The notes under the pieces were generated by a model. It was not told the origin of the DNA. It saw nothing but the letters and a program-made list of their open reading frames with translations, and did not search any database. From Patescibacteria group bacterium (GTDB taxonomy: Bacteria > Patescibacteriota > Minisyncoccia > UBA6257 > GWB1-50-10), in NCBI GenBank assembly GCA_040757555.1, contig JBFLWN010000001.1, forward strand, positions 53,128 through 117,127: a stretch of DNA of 64,000 nt, given 5' to 3'. Positions 9,205 to 19,076 of this stretch are shown here, in pieces; positions within the stretch are counted from its first letter, which is position 1; each line of letters opens with the position of its first letter. A program made the position numbers and the translations under genes.

Positions 9205-10658
9205 TTTTTTTCGTAATACATCCCAAGTCCAAGGATATCTTTTTCGTACATTTTCTTCCCTATAAGTTGAAATCCAATGGGAAGTTCTTTTTTTTCTCTA
9301 TCGTATTTTTTTACAGGAAGGGAAAGCGATGGCACTCCGGCAAAATTTGTCGGAACAGTGAAAATATCTGAAAGATACATAGATACTGGATCTCCCGTTT
9401 TCTCACCAATCTTAAACGCCCGTGTCGGTGTGGTCGGCATAAATACCACATCAACCCCATCTTCTTTTTTATCAAACACCGCGTTAAAATTCTCGACAAT
9501 ACATTCCTGGATCTTTTTTGCCTTCCCGTAATATGCGTCATAATATCCGGCGGAAAGAACGAATGTTCCCAAAAGAATTCTTCGTTTTGTTTCGGGACCA
9601 AACCCAACTCCCCTGCTTTTTTCGTATAATTCTCTGAGGTTTGAAATTTCAGATTTTAAATCAGAAATATTTCCATATCGAATTCCATCAAATCGTGCAA
9701 GATTTGCACTTACCTCAGCGGGAGTAATGATATAATATGCGGGAACAGAATATTTTATATGGGGGAGACTTACTTCCTTCAGAGTAAATCCAAGTTTTTT
9801 AAACTTCTCAATTGCCATTTCAATCCCCTCTCTCACCTCTTTTTCTAGTTCAAATTCAAAACATTCTTTTGGAATTCCTATCACAAGTTTTTTGATATAA
9901 TCAACATCCATTTCAGTGGTTGATGGTTGTTCTCCTGAAATACTTGTTGCATCAAATCGATCATATCCCTTTATCGCATCATATAGTATTGCCGCATCTT
10001 CAACTGTCTTTGTAATTGGCCCAACGTGATCGAAACTCGAGGCCATTGCGATCAACCCAAAGCGAGACACCGATCCATAGGTGGGTTTCAGGCCTACCAC
10101 ACCGCAAAATGCGGCCGGCTGGCGTATAGACCCCGCAGTATCTGATCCGAGCGCTCCAACGGCCAATCCTGCGGAAACAGCAGCCGCAGAGCCTCCGGAA
10201 GAGCCTCCTGGCACTCTCGTTATATCGTAAGGATTTTTGGTTACGTGAAACGCGGAATTTTCAGTCGATGAACCCATCGCAAATTCATCCATATTTGTTT
10301 TCCCAAGAAACACTACATGTTCATCCTTTAATTTCCTGATGACCGTCGCATCATAGCTCGCAACATAGTGTTCCAAGATCTTGGATGCTGCGGTAGTTTT
10401 TGTTCCCTCAATAAGAAAATTATCTTTAATTGCGAGTGGAATACCGGTAATGGATGACGCCTTCCCTTCACGAAACAATTCATCGGCATATTTTGCTTCA
10501 ACGAGGGCTTGTTCATCCATAAGGGAAAGATATGAGCCTATATCTTTGTCTTTCTTTTTTATCTCATCAAAAAAATACTTTGTAACTTCGGTTACTGAGA
10601 ATTCTTTTTTCCGAAATCCCTCTCCAAGAGAGCGTATAGTAAATGTATGTAAATCCAT
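9201..10658 (-). CDS. gatA: Glutamyl-tRNA(Gln) amidotransferase subunit A
   Basis: Amidase signature 'GGSSGGSAAAVSAG'; downstream of gatC. Confidence 0.9.
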   Translation of the reverse strand: MDLHTFTIRSLGEGFRKKEFSVTEVTKYFFDEIKKKDKDIGSYLSLMDEQALVEAKYADELFREGKASSITGIPLAIKDNFLIEGTKTTAASKILEHYVASYDATVIRKLKDEHVVFLGKTNMDEFAMGSSTENSAFHVTKNPYDITRVPGGSSGGSAAAVSAGLAVGALGSDTAGSIRQPAAFCGVVGLKPTYGSVSRFGLIAMASSFDHVGPITKTVEDAAILYDAIKGYDRFDATSISGEQPSTTEMDVDYIKKLVIGIPKECFEFELEKEVREGIEMAIEKFKKLGFTLKEVSLPHIKYSVPAYYIITPAEVSANLARFDGIRYGNISDLKSEISNLRELYEKSRGVGFGPETKRRILLGTFVLSAGYYDAYYGKAKKIQECIVENFNAVFDKKEDGVDVVFMPTTPTRAFKIGEKTGDPVSMYLSDIFTVPTNFAGVPSLSLPVKKYDREKKELPIGFQLIGKKMYEKDILGLGMYYEKN

Positions 10659-10663
10659 ATGTA

Positions 10664-10963
10664 TTAATCGAACACTGGTGGAGTTTTTAAATATCCATTT
10701 TCCGACTTTGGAAATTGTTCTTTCAAAAGAGAAATATCAGAAACATCTTCTTCTTTATCCTCCCGATACACATTCTTTTCCAACGCACTTCCAATTGTGG
10801 GAGAAACATTGGTGGTGTCGACGTCCTTGAGGCTCTCAAAATAATTGAGAATTGAAGAAAGGTCCGTGTGTAGTTTTTTATTCTTTTCTGCGTCTTTTTC
10901 CAATTCAATGCGAGCGAGGGTCGCAAGATGCTCTATTGTTTTTTCGTTTATTTTTTCACTCAT
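10664..10963 (-). CDS. gatC: Asp/Glu-tRNA amidotransferase subunit C
   Basis: ~99 aa, conserved GatC profile, immediately upstream of gatA. Confidence 0.8.
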   Translation of the reverse strand: MSEKINEKTIEHLATLARIELEKDAEKNKKLHTDLSSILNYFESLKDVDTTNVSPTIGSALEKNVYREDKEEDVSDISLLKEQFPKSENGYLKTPPVFD

Positions 10964-10985
10964 AAATATATTTTACCTTATCACG

Positions 10986-13031
10986 TCACAAAAGAAGTGC
11001 AAGAAATTCTTTTTCATTCAATATCTTGACGCCAAGTTTTTTTGCTTTTTCTATTTTTGAACCAGGATGCTCTCCTGCCACTACGAAACTAGTTTTTGAT
11101 GATACCGTTTCCGATGCCTCTCCTCCTAATGATCGCACCCGCTCTTTTGCCTCTTCTCTTTCGAGAGAGCTAAGTGTTCCGGTAAAGACAAACGTTTTTC
11201 CGAAAAGTTTTTTCTCCTTATTCTTTTTTTCTTTTATAAAACGTATTCCTATGGTATCAAATTTTTCAATCAGTTTCTTGTTTTTTTCTTGAGAAAACCA
11301 AGAAAAAATACTTTCCGCGACCTTAGGACCGATGTCGGGAATTTGTTGTAATGAATCTTTTGATAGTTTCGAAATAACCGAAAATATATCTTTTGGTGAT
11401 TGTACACCCCTTCCTTCACATGTTTTTTCTGCAAGTAACCGAGCTGTTTCTTCTCCCACATGTAAAATCCCGAGACTATATAAAAAACGTGGAATGGTAA
11501 TATGCTTCTTTGTTTCTATCTCTCGTATAATATTGTCGGCTGATTTTTCTCCGAATCTTTCGAGCACCGCAATATCCCCTTTTTTCAAAACAAAAATATC
11601 TGACGCATCAGAAATTAATCCCTCATCTAAAAATCGATCAACAACCTTTTGACCAAGACCACGAATATCAAACGCCCCACGAGAAACAAAGTGATAAAGC
11701 TGTTCCTTGTGACGCGCGCCACATGTTGTATTTGCACATCGATACAGTGCACCCTCCTCGATTATTTTTCCTCCGTCTGCAGGACAACGCGTCGGCATCT
11801 TGAATATCTTTTCTCTTCCTGTCCTCAATTCAGGAAGCACGCGGACAATTTTTGGAATGACGTCGCCGGCACGATTCACAATAACCGTATCCCCAATTTT
11901 TACCCCTAGTCGTCGAATTTCATCATAATTATGTAGCGTTGCGTGTGTGATGGTAACTCCCCCGACAAACACCGGCCTTAGTTCGGCAACAGGAGTAAGT
12001 ACTCCCGTACGTCCAACCTGAATCTTAATTTCCTCAACAATTGTCGTAGCCTCTCGAGGAGAAAATTTATAGGCAATTGCCGCACGGGGTGCTTTTCCCA
12101 CAACCCCCCCACGTTCAAAAACAATATTGTTATTCTCAATAACCACAATTCCATCAATTTCGTATTCGAGTCCATCACGTTTTTTTTCCCACATATTTCG
12201 AAAACGAAACACCTCCTCAAGTGATTTTACCTTTTTGTCATGTGGATTTATCACAAATCCCCATGATGCAAGTATTTTATGTTTTTCTTCGTGTGTGACA
12301 ATCGGAAAATCAGTTTTTGTTGCAATATCATATTGAAACGAGTTTAATTTCCGCAATGCAGTGATTGACGAATCGAGTTGTCGCACAGAACCCGCCGCAA
12401 GATTTCTGGTGTTCACAAATGGTTTCAATCCTTTTTTTTCCTGCTCTTTATTAATCCGAAGTAATTCTTTTTTCGTAATAAAAATTTCTCCCCGTACGGT
12501 CAGGTTTTGTGGAATTGGCCATTTTCCGAGTTGGGTAAGAGTTTTGGGAATAGTAGGAATTGTTTTTATATTTTCCGTGATATCCTCACCAATATATCCA
12601 TCTCCTCGGGTTGATCCTTGTATTAAAATGCCCCCCTGATACTGCAACTCAATCGCCAACCCATCAATCTTCAATTCACAATAGAACCCCTTATCCCCCT
12701 CTTTTTCTCCACGTGAGGCAAGATAATTTTTTACCCGTTCCTGCCATTCATACATTTCTTCTTCGGAAAATGCATCGTTAAACGAAAGCATGGGGGTCTC
12801 GTGTGATACCTTTTCAAACTTTTCGAGTATACTTCCTCCCACCCTTTGTGTTACTAAATTGTCTTTTATGAGCTCGGGATGTGTCTTTTCAAAAGTTTTC
12901 AATTCGTTGTTTAATGCATCAAAGGCCGCATCAGAAATTTCCGGCGTATCAAATGTATAATAGAGCATCCGATGATACTCAATAAGTTTTTGTAATTTTA
13001 TAATTCGCTCTCGTATCTCATCGTGTTTCAT
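10986..13031 (-). CDS. ligA: NAD-dependent DNA ligase
   Basis: Adenylation motif 'KIDGLAI', Zn-finger cysteines, HhH and BRCT C-terminus. Confidence 0.9.
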   Translation of the reverse strand: MKHDEIRERIIKLQKLIEYHRMLYYTFDTPEISDAAFDALNNELKTFEKTHPELIKDNLVTQRVGGSILEKFEKVSHETPMLSFNDAFSEEEMYEWQERVKNYLASRGEKEGDKGFYCELKIDGLAIELQYQGGILIQGSTRGDGYIGEDITENIKTIPTIPKTLTQLGKWPIPQNLTVRGEIFITKKELLRINKEQEKKGLKPFVNTRNLAAGSVRQLDSSITALRKLNSFQYDIATKTDFPIVTHEEKHKILASWGFVINPHDKKVKSLEEVFRFRNMWEKKRDGLEYEIDGIVVIENNNIVFERGGVVGKAPRAAIAYKFSPREATTIVEEIKIQVGRTGVLTPVAELRPVFVGGVTITHATLHNYDEIRRLGVKIGDTVIVNRAGDVIPKIVRVLPELRTGREKIFKMPTRCPADGGKIIEEGALYRCANTTCGARHKEQLYHFVSRGAFDIRGLGQKVVDRFLDEGLISDASDIFVLKKGDIAVLERFGEKSADNIIREIETKKHITIPRFLYSLGILHVGEETARLLAEKTCEGRGVQSPKDIFSVISKLSKDSLQQIPDIGPKVAESIFSWFSQEKNKKLIEKFDTIGIRFIKEKKNKEKKLFGKTFVFTGTLSSLEREEAKERVRSLGGEASETVSSKTSFVVAGEHPGSKIEKAKKLGVKILNEKEFLALLL

Positions 13032-13046
13032 CGTGGCGTAGAGGGA

Positions 13047-13487
13047 TTAATTGAAACGAGTCGAGAACAGTGAATCCACCACGCGCTCAACCGTATCTTT
13101 TTTCCCAATTGATTTAATACGAATTCCATACACTACCGAATCTTCTTTATTTAAATCCAAACAGTTCACAATTTGAAATTTACTTGCATCCACACATGAA
13201 AGTTCTGTAGTATATGAAGTTCCATTTGATAATCCTCCCGAAAGTTTACATTTCTGGCTGTAATCCAAATTTTCCGCCCCCTGTTCCTTAAAATAACAAT
13301 TTAATGTCGCCTCAACTCCACTATCTGCGGCAAAAAGAGCCATACTCGACTTCACGGTGTCGTTTACTTCACGTAATTGATAAAACGTCATCATCCCCGC
13401 AATCACCGAGGCGCTCAACACTATTCCCCCCGTAATAATTGCGGTGAGTATCATTGTTTGTCCTGAGTTTTTCTTCATTTGGTCCAT
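13047..13487 (-). CDS. Hypothetical membrane-anchored protein (distal gene of pilus operon)
   Basis: N-terminal TM, no canonical prepilin motif. Confidence 0.4.
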   Translation of the reverse strand: MDQMKKNSGQTMILTAIITGGIVLSASVIAGMMTFYQLREVNDTVKSSMALFAADSGVEATLNCYFKEQGAENLDYSQKCKLSGGLSNGTSYTTELSCVDASKFQIVNCLDLNKEDSVVYGIRIKSIGKKDTVERVVDSLFSTRFN

Positions 13488-13603
13488 CCCGTTAAAAACA
13501 GATCGCGATCAAAAAACACGATTTGTACTTATATTGCTTATGTTCGACGATAATGTTCATAGTTTTTAAATTAAAATTATATGTGACCGCGGTTTCTAAC
13601 GGG
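13488..13603. repeat. MITE-like ~116-bp element with ~19-bp terminal inverted repeats (CCCGTTARARACMGMKCGCG...)
   Basis: Near-identical copy at 60031-60147; TIRs read directly. Confidence 0.7.
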
Positions 13604-13613
13604 ACTCATATAT

Positions 13614-14222
13614 TTATTGAGATCTTCTACATTGATACGGATCAGTACTTATTTCTATTGGAAGAATTCTCATACTTACCGCCGTCTCAATGTATGTTCG
13701 TGTATCAGATTTTGAGTCTTTTGGTTTCACCGAAAGCGCCACCCCAATTCTCCACGGATTACAATTATAGTCGGGATGTGCTGATGGATTCGTGGATTTT
13801 TTGTATTGTTGTACTCGAAAACAAAGTGTCTCCACTGATACATTCTTTCCGGTGATATTCTCTCCATTTTTTTGTATCGCCTTGTTCGCGTATGAATATG
13901 TTACTGTCTCCCCGTCGACACTCGGATCGTTTGTCTGCATTGTTCGAAATGAAATAGAAGAAAGACATGGTTCGGTATTTATTTGAGGTAGTAATGCTTC
14001 ATATTGAGAGATATCAAAATATCCCATACGTATCTCTCGAGCCATCTGTTCAAGGATGAGATTCAAATTGTTGTTCACCGACATGAGATCAGTGAGATCT
14101 CTCTGTGCCTTTATTCCACTTACAAAGACCCCAATCGCAAGTGACATAAGAATTCCAAACACTGCCATTGCAACCAATAGTTCAACAAGTGTAAATCCTT
14201 TTTTGTTATTTTTTATATCCAT
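13614..14222 (-). CDS. Type IV pilin-like protein (pseudopilin / minor pilin)
   Basis: Prepilin motif 'KKGFTLVELLVA' after short leader. Confidence 0.75.
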   Translation of the reverse strand: MDIKNNKKGFTLVELLVAMAVFGILMSLAIGVFVSGIKAQRDLTDLMSVNNNLNLILEQMAREIRMGYFDISQYEALLPQINTEPCLSSISFRTMQTNDPSVDGETVTYSYANKAIQKNGENITGKNVSVETLCFRVQQYKKSTNPSAHPDYNCNPWRIGVALSVKPKDSKSDTRTYIETAVSMRILPIEISTDPYQCRRSQ

Positions 14223-14229
14223 CGTTCGC

Positions 14230-14748
14230 TTATTTTTCCCTCCAATTTTGGAATATTTCTTCAAGGTTTACGACGCTTCTTTCTCCATTTATTACCCACT
14301 CAACCTCGGATTTTATTGTCATCTCGTTTCCTCCGCTTCCCACCGTCACTGTACGTTTGTAGGGCGTTTCCTTTCCCGCTGCATTATATCCATAGAGCCC
14401 AGTTACTTCATTGAGCCATAGCGCTGTTGTTGAAGAACCAAATATTTCAGTTAATCCGAGGTCTTTATCGGTATCATATTGAACCTCATAGTTTTGATTA
14501 TGGTCGAGTGTTGAATTAAAAAAAACACTTTCAGGAATTGCCACATCGGTATCAATAATATGTTTCATAATCTCTATCCCCTCCGCCGCGAGATATGTCG
14601 CTTCAAATCGATGTACTACATTCTTATTCATACTTGTCGAATGGATAAGGAGTGAAAAAATACCGATAAGCCCAACCATAATAAGTGTGGCGGTTACCAT
14701 AAGTTCAACCATTAAACTCCCTTTTTTATTTTTTATCAGTGAATACAT
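14230..14748 (-). CDS. Type IV pilin-like protein (minor pilin)
   Basis: 'KKGSLMVELMV' prepilin-like N-terminus. Confidence 0.65.
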   Translation of the reverse strand: MYSLIKNKKGSLMVELMVTATLIMVGLIGIFSLLIHSTSMNKNVVHRFEATYLAAEGIEIMKHIIDTDVAIPESVFFNSTLDHNQNYEVQYDTDKDLGLTEIFGSSTTALWLNEVTGLYGYNAAGKETPYKRTVTVGSGGNEMTIKSEVEWVINGERSVVNLEEIFQNWREK

Positions 14749-14749
14749 A

Positions 14750-15250
14750 TTATTGTGTTGAAATCCCCCCCACACTACTTACCACCACATCCGCTTTTAA
14801 TATCGGGGATGATCCACTTACGTGCAATTCAACCGTCTTCCCTCCTTCAAGTACTTTTATATATGGGCCCTCAAATGTGATTTGTCCGGGGGAATTTGCA
14901 ATAACTATTGGGGTGTTCATAGTAAACATCTCTCCATATGATATCGCTTGAGTCTCATCACACGTTGCATACGGCTGGCCACTTACTTGAATATTTGGAA
15001 CTTGTATAATTTCATATGTATTGGATCCGGTAAACCGCACCCCATATGCACAGACGGTTTCTGCCATATTTCTCTGTAGTGCAAGTGATTTTGCTCTATT
15101 TAAAATTCCAATTAATTTTGCCTGTTCGGTATAGAGCGTAATCTGCTTTCCCGAAGATCGTGTATAGGCAATTAGGGTAGTGGTAAGCACCATCAAAATA
15201 CCAATAACCACGAGAGTTTCCACCAATGTAAATCCTCCGTTCTTCTTCAT
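14750..15250 (-). CDS. Type IV pilin-like protein (minor pilin)
   Basis: 'GGFTLVETLVVIGIL' prepilin N-terminus. Confidence 0.75.
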   Translation of the reverse strand: MKKNGGFTLVETLVVIGILMVLTTTLIAYTRSSGKQITLYTEQAKLIGILNRAKSLALQRNMAETVCAYGVRFTGSNTYEIIQVPNIQVSGQPYATCDETQAISYGEMFTMNTPIVIANSPGQITFEGPYIKVLEGGKTVELHVSGSSPILKADVVVSSVGGISTQ

Positions 15251-15284
15251 TACCCTTTATTCTAGCAAAAAAAACCGTTCCTCT

Positions 15285-16187
15285 CTATAGATTAAAAAGA
15301 GAGAAATATCCTTTGATGAGATCAAAACCAAAAAATATGGTAATTACAAATGCAACAACAAAAAACGGTCCAAAAGGAAGTTTGTCTTTCATTGTCTTTT
15401 TTTTTGAAAAATAGAGCGCCGCAGCCCATACCCCCCCGAAAATAAAGGCGATCATGCTCGTCAATATGACGTCGGGCCACCCCAACACGATTCCAGAGGC
15501 AAATGCGAGTTTTACATCACCCATTCCCATTCCCCTGCCATTACTTACGAGAAAGAGAAAGAGGAAAAAAAGTCCCGCACCAAAAAACCCAAGAATGTGG
15601 TTATAATATATATTTTGAAATGGTGAAAATATGAGCGCATAATTTCTCATAAACGATTCACGAAAAGGAAGAATGTGGGCTGTATTTGCCACAAAAAGGA
15701 ATATAAGTAGTATTCCCAATATGAAAATAAAAATATTCAATCCGTCGGGAATAATGTAATGGTGTAAATCAATAACAAAAATAAGAAGAAGAGAAAGAAA
15801 TATGAGAATCCAAACAAAAATGAAAAGATAATAGACTCCTGGAGCTAAGAGAGAAACGAAGAGGGTATTTTGTACTCCAAAAAATGAATTCAAAAAAAGC
15901 GGAACAAGAACAAAGGTAGCACCACTTAAAAATTCAACAATCGGGTATTGAAAAGAAATTTTTTCTCCACACGAAGAACATTTCCCCCGAAGAAATAAAA
16001 AACTGAAGAGAGGGATAAGTTCTTTTACTTCAAGTGTTTTTTGACATGACATACAATGCGATCGTCCTGATATCTTTTTTATATCAAAAAATCTCCCCTC
16101 GGGAGAATAACGGAGAATAAGTACATTTAAAAAACTTCCGATTGCGAGACCAAAGAGAAATAAACAAACAAAAACAACTGATGTCAT
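15285..16187 (-). CDS. pilD: Prepilin peptidase (A24 family)
   Basis: Tetracysteine CxxC...CxxC cytoplasmic loop, multi-TM; in pilus operon. Confidence 0.8.
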   Translation of the reverse strand: MTSVVFVCLFLFGLAIGSFLNVLILRYSPEGRFFDIKKISGRSHCMSCQKTLEVKELIPLFSFLFLRGKCSSCGEKISFQYPIVEFLSGATFVLVPLFLNSFFGVQNTLFVSLLAPGVYYLFIFVWILIFLSLLLIFVIDLHHYIIPDGLNIFIFILGILLIFLFVANTAHILPFRESFMRNYALIFSPFQNIYYNHILGFFGAGLFFLFLFLVSNGRGMGMGDVKLAFASGIVLGWPDVILTSMIAFIFGGVWAAALYFSKKKTMKDKLPFGPFFVVAFVITIFFGFDLIKGYFSLFNL

Positions 16188-16249
16188 AAAAAAATTATAT
16201 CATAGATATAAAAAAACACCCCTCACACGGGGTGTTTTTGAAGACATAA

Positions 16250-16654
16250 TTACGGGGCTGGAGTACACGCGCTTCCACTTGCTGTTCCCATACCACTGAA
16301 TCCAGTACTATCGGCACAAAAAGTTTTTGTAGCATCGCTCTTGAGCGGCGCCGAAATTACATATTCATTCGTGGCGTCCCCGGTGTGGGTAAGTGTACTG
16401 TCTTGTGCGGTCACATCATCTTCAAGTTGACCTAATTTTGTCGTCGTCTCTGCACTTAATTCGTAAGTTCCCTTGGTAGCATCATAACTCGCTTCATAGA
16501 GTGCTCTTGCTTGCTGAACTGCACCCATAATCCTTGAGTCTCTTGCTTTGTCTCGTGATGGACCGAGTGCGACCAATACCGTAGCTGATAAAATACCAAT
16601 GATTGCAACCACAACCAACATTTCGATAAGTGTAAAACCTTTATTATTTTTCAT
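16250..16654 (-). CDS. pilA: Type IV major pilin
   Basis: 'NKGFTLIEMLVVVAIIGIL' class III signal; C-terminal Cys pair. Confidence 0.8.
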   Translation of the reverse strand: MKNNKGFTLIEMLVVVAIIGILSATVLVALGPSRDKARDSRIMGAVQQARALYEASYDATKGTYELSAETTTKLGQLEDDVTAQDSTLTHTGDATNEYVISAPLKSDATKTFCADSTGFSGMGTASGSACTPAP

Positions 16655-16704
16655 ATAAAATCAAAATTTGCTCGACCTTATGTATTGTATTTATTATACC
16701 AAAT

Positions 16705-17910
16705 TTAGAAACTTTGTGTGAGGCTGTAAAGTGGAAGAAGAATTGAGGCAAAAAGGAGTGCAACTCCACCTCCAATCAATACCATGAGCGCCGGCTGGAT
16801 GAGCGTAACTAAATTATCCACCATGTCTTCAATTTCACGCGTATAAAAATCATTTATTTTTTTAAGCAAATCTTCGAGTCGTCCCGTCGATTCTCCAATA
16901 CTGATAAGTTGTGGAACAAGAGGAGGAAATTCCTCAATTCCCTCAAGGATTTTTGATAGTAACTTTCCTTTTCGAATTTCCGAAGACGCATTTTGTAGAA
17001 GATTTTGATATACCACATTCCCGATTGTTCGCGAAGAAATTTCAATTGCTTGTGGAATAGTAAGCCCCCCCTTAATCAGCACGCGTGTCGACTCCGCAAA
17101 GCGGGCAATATACATTTTCTGAAATAATTTTCCAATAATAGGGAGTCTTAAACTCAATTCATCAAATACAATTTTTCCCTCTTTACTTTGAAAATAATCA
17201 ATGAGAACAAACACAAATACCCCGAACATAATAAGTGTTGCCCACCACCATGTGCTCACAAACGCGCCAAAACTCACCAACATCTTTGTATAGAATGGGA
17301 GCTCAACCTTTGCTTCCTCAAAAATCGGCATAATTTGAGGAATAACAAACGTCACCATAACAAGGATTACTATAAAAAACAGCACAATGACAAACGCGGG
17401 GTAAAAGAGTGCGTTTTTGACCTTCGACTTAAGGATGGCCTGTTTTTCGAGATAGTCAGCCAAGAAATCCAATACCTCTCCCAATCGCCCCGTAACCTCT
17501 GCTGATCTCACCATGTTCACATAAAAATCAGAAAAAATCCCCGGATGTTTTTCGAGTGCTTGTGAAAGCGAAAACCCCGCATTCACATCATTTCCCACAT
17601 CATAAATTGTTTCTTTTAAAATCGGGTTTGTTGTTTGTTTATATAGGTTCGTCAAACTATCCGAAAGAGACACTTGAGAAGCAATAAGCGTTGCAAATTG
17701 ACGGGTAAACACCATAACATCCGATGTTTTTATGCGCTTCAAAAATCCAAGTATACGGTCATACCATTGATCCCCCCTCATCTCTTCCAAATTCAAAATA
17801 AAAAGCCCATGACTCAACAAAATATTGAGTGCAGTATCTCGGTTTGTTGCCTCCACATTACCCACTTGAAGCTCTCCTTCTTTTGTTCGTGCTTTATAAT
17901 TAAATTTCAT
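16705..17910 (-). CDS. pilC: Type IV pilus assembly platform protein PilC (GspF family)
   Basis: Two GspF repeats, 3 TM. Confidence 0.85.
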   Translation of the reverse strand: MKFNYKARTKEGELQVGNVEATNRDTALNILLSHGLFILNLEEMRGDQWYDRILGFLKRIKTSDVMVFTRQFATLIASQVSLSDSLTNLYKQTTNPILKETIYDVGNDVNAGFSLSQALEKHPGIFSDFYVNMVRSAEVTGRLGEVLDFLADYLEKQAILKSKVKNALFYPAFVIVLFFIVILVMVTFVIPQIMPIFEEAKVELPFYTKMLVSFGAFVSTWWWATLIMFGVFVFVLIDYFQSKEGKIVFDELSLRLPIIGKLFQKMYIARFAESTRVLIKGGLTIPQAIEISSRTIGNVVYQNLLQNASSEIRKGKLLSKILEGIEEFPPLVPQLISIGESTGRLEDLLKKINDFYTREIEDMVDNLVTLIQPALMVLIGGGVALLFASILLPLYSLTQSF

Positions 17911-17976
17911 TGAATTTATAAACCTCTTGTTTTAACCATCTGAATTTTTGAGATTTGAGATTTAAAATTTTACTTT

Positions 17977-19047
17977 CTATGACCGTTCAAGAAGAATTCT
18001 TAGTTCGGAAGGATTCAATGAATAACTTTCTGCTTGTTCAATTGATATTTCTTTCTTTTTAATAAGATTTACCAATGATCGATTTAAAGACATCATTCCT
18101 TCCTGTACACTTGTCTCAATAACAAGATCTACTTGATAGATTTTTTTCTCCCGAATAAGATTTCTGATCGCGGGATTTACCAACATAATCTCAGTTGCGG
18201 GAACTCGTCCCCCCCCCACTCGGGGAACAAGACGTTGAGAGATAATTGCAACAAGCGTTGAAGCAAGTTGAGAAATAATTTGTCCCTGTTGATTTGGAGG
18301 AAAACTATCAATAATACGATCAATGGTCTGTGATGCAGAATTTGTATGTAATGTGGAAAAAACCAAATGTCCGGTTTCAGCGGAAGTCATTGAAATCGCC
18401 ATTGTTTCGGGATCGCGAATTTCCCCAATCATGATAACATCGGGGTCCTGGCGGAGAATTGAACGAAGACCACTTTCAAAAGAAATCGTATCCTGCCCCA
18501 CCTCTCTTTGAGAGATAATTGCTCTATCTTGAGAAAAAAGATATTCAATCGGATCCTCAATAGTAATAATATGATCGTTTCGTGTGTGATTTATTTCATC
18601 GAGTATCGATGCAAGAGTTGTTGATTTCCCATGTCCTGCGGGTCCCACAATCAAAATGAATCCCTGATTCAAATGAGTGAAATCATGGAGAATGGGGGGA
18701 AGCATCAATTCTTCAATGGTACGAATTTGTGCGGGAATTAAACGAAGCGCTGCAGCCATAAACCCTCTTTGAAAAAACACATTTACACGAAATCGGGCTT
18801 TATCCTCGTAATTATATGAAAAATCAACTTGTTTCTTTTCAAAAAACACTTTTTTCTGCTCTTCGGTGAGAAGCGCCATAATTAACCCTTCTGCATCTTC
18901 TTTTGTAAGTACTGTTTCTTTGGTGAGAGGAATGAGAACACTATCAACACGAATAGTTGGCCTTCGTCCAACCGCAATATGTAAGTCAGATGCATTTTGT
19001 TTTGCGGTAAGGAGTAATAATTCGTTTAACTTTTCTTGATAATTCAT
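17977..19047 (-). CDS. pilT: Twitching-motility retraction ATPase PilT
   Basis: Walker A 'GPAGHGKSTT', ~356 aa, no N-terminal extension. Confidence 0.85.
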   Translation of the reverse strand: MNYQEKLNELLLLTAKQNASDLHIAVGRRPTIRVDSVLIPLTKETVLTKEDAEGLIMALLTEEQKKVFFEKKQVDFSYNYEDKARFRVNVFFQRGFMAAALRLIPAQIRTIEELMLPPILHDFTHLNQGFILIVGPAGHGKSTTLASILDEINHTRNDHIITIEDPIEYLFSQDRAIISQREVGQDTISFESGLRSILRQDPDVIMIGEIRDPETMAISMTSAETGHLVFSTLHTNSASQTIDRIIDSFPPNQQGQIISQLASTLVAIISQRLVPRVGGGRVPATEIMLVNPAIRNLIREKKIYQVDLVIETSVQEGMMSLNRSLVNLIKKKEISIEQAESYSLNPSELRILLERS

Positions 19048-19076
19048 ATGAGTGGTATTTCTTTTATTATAAATGA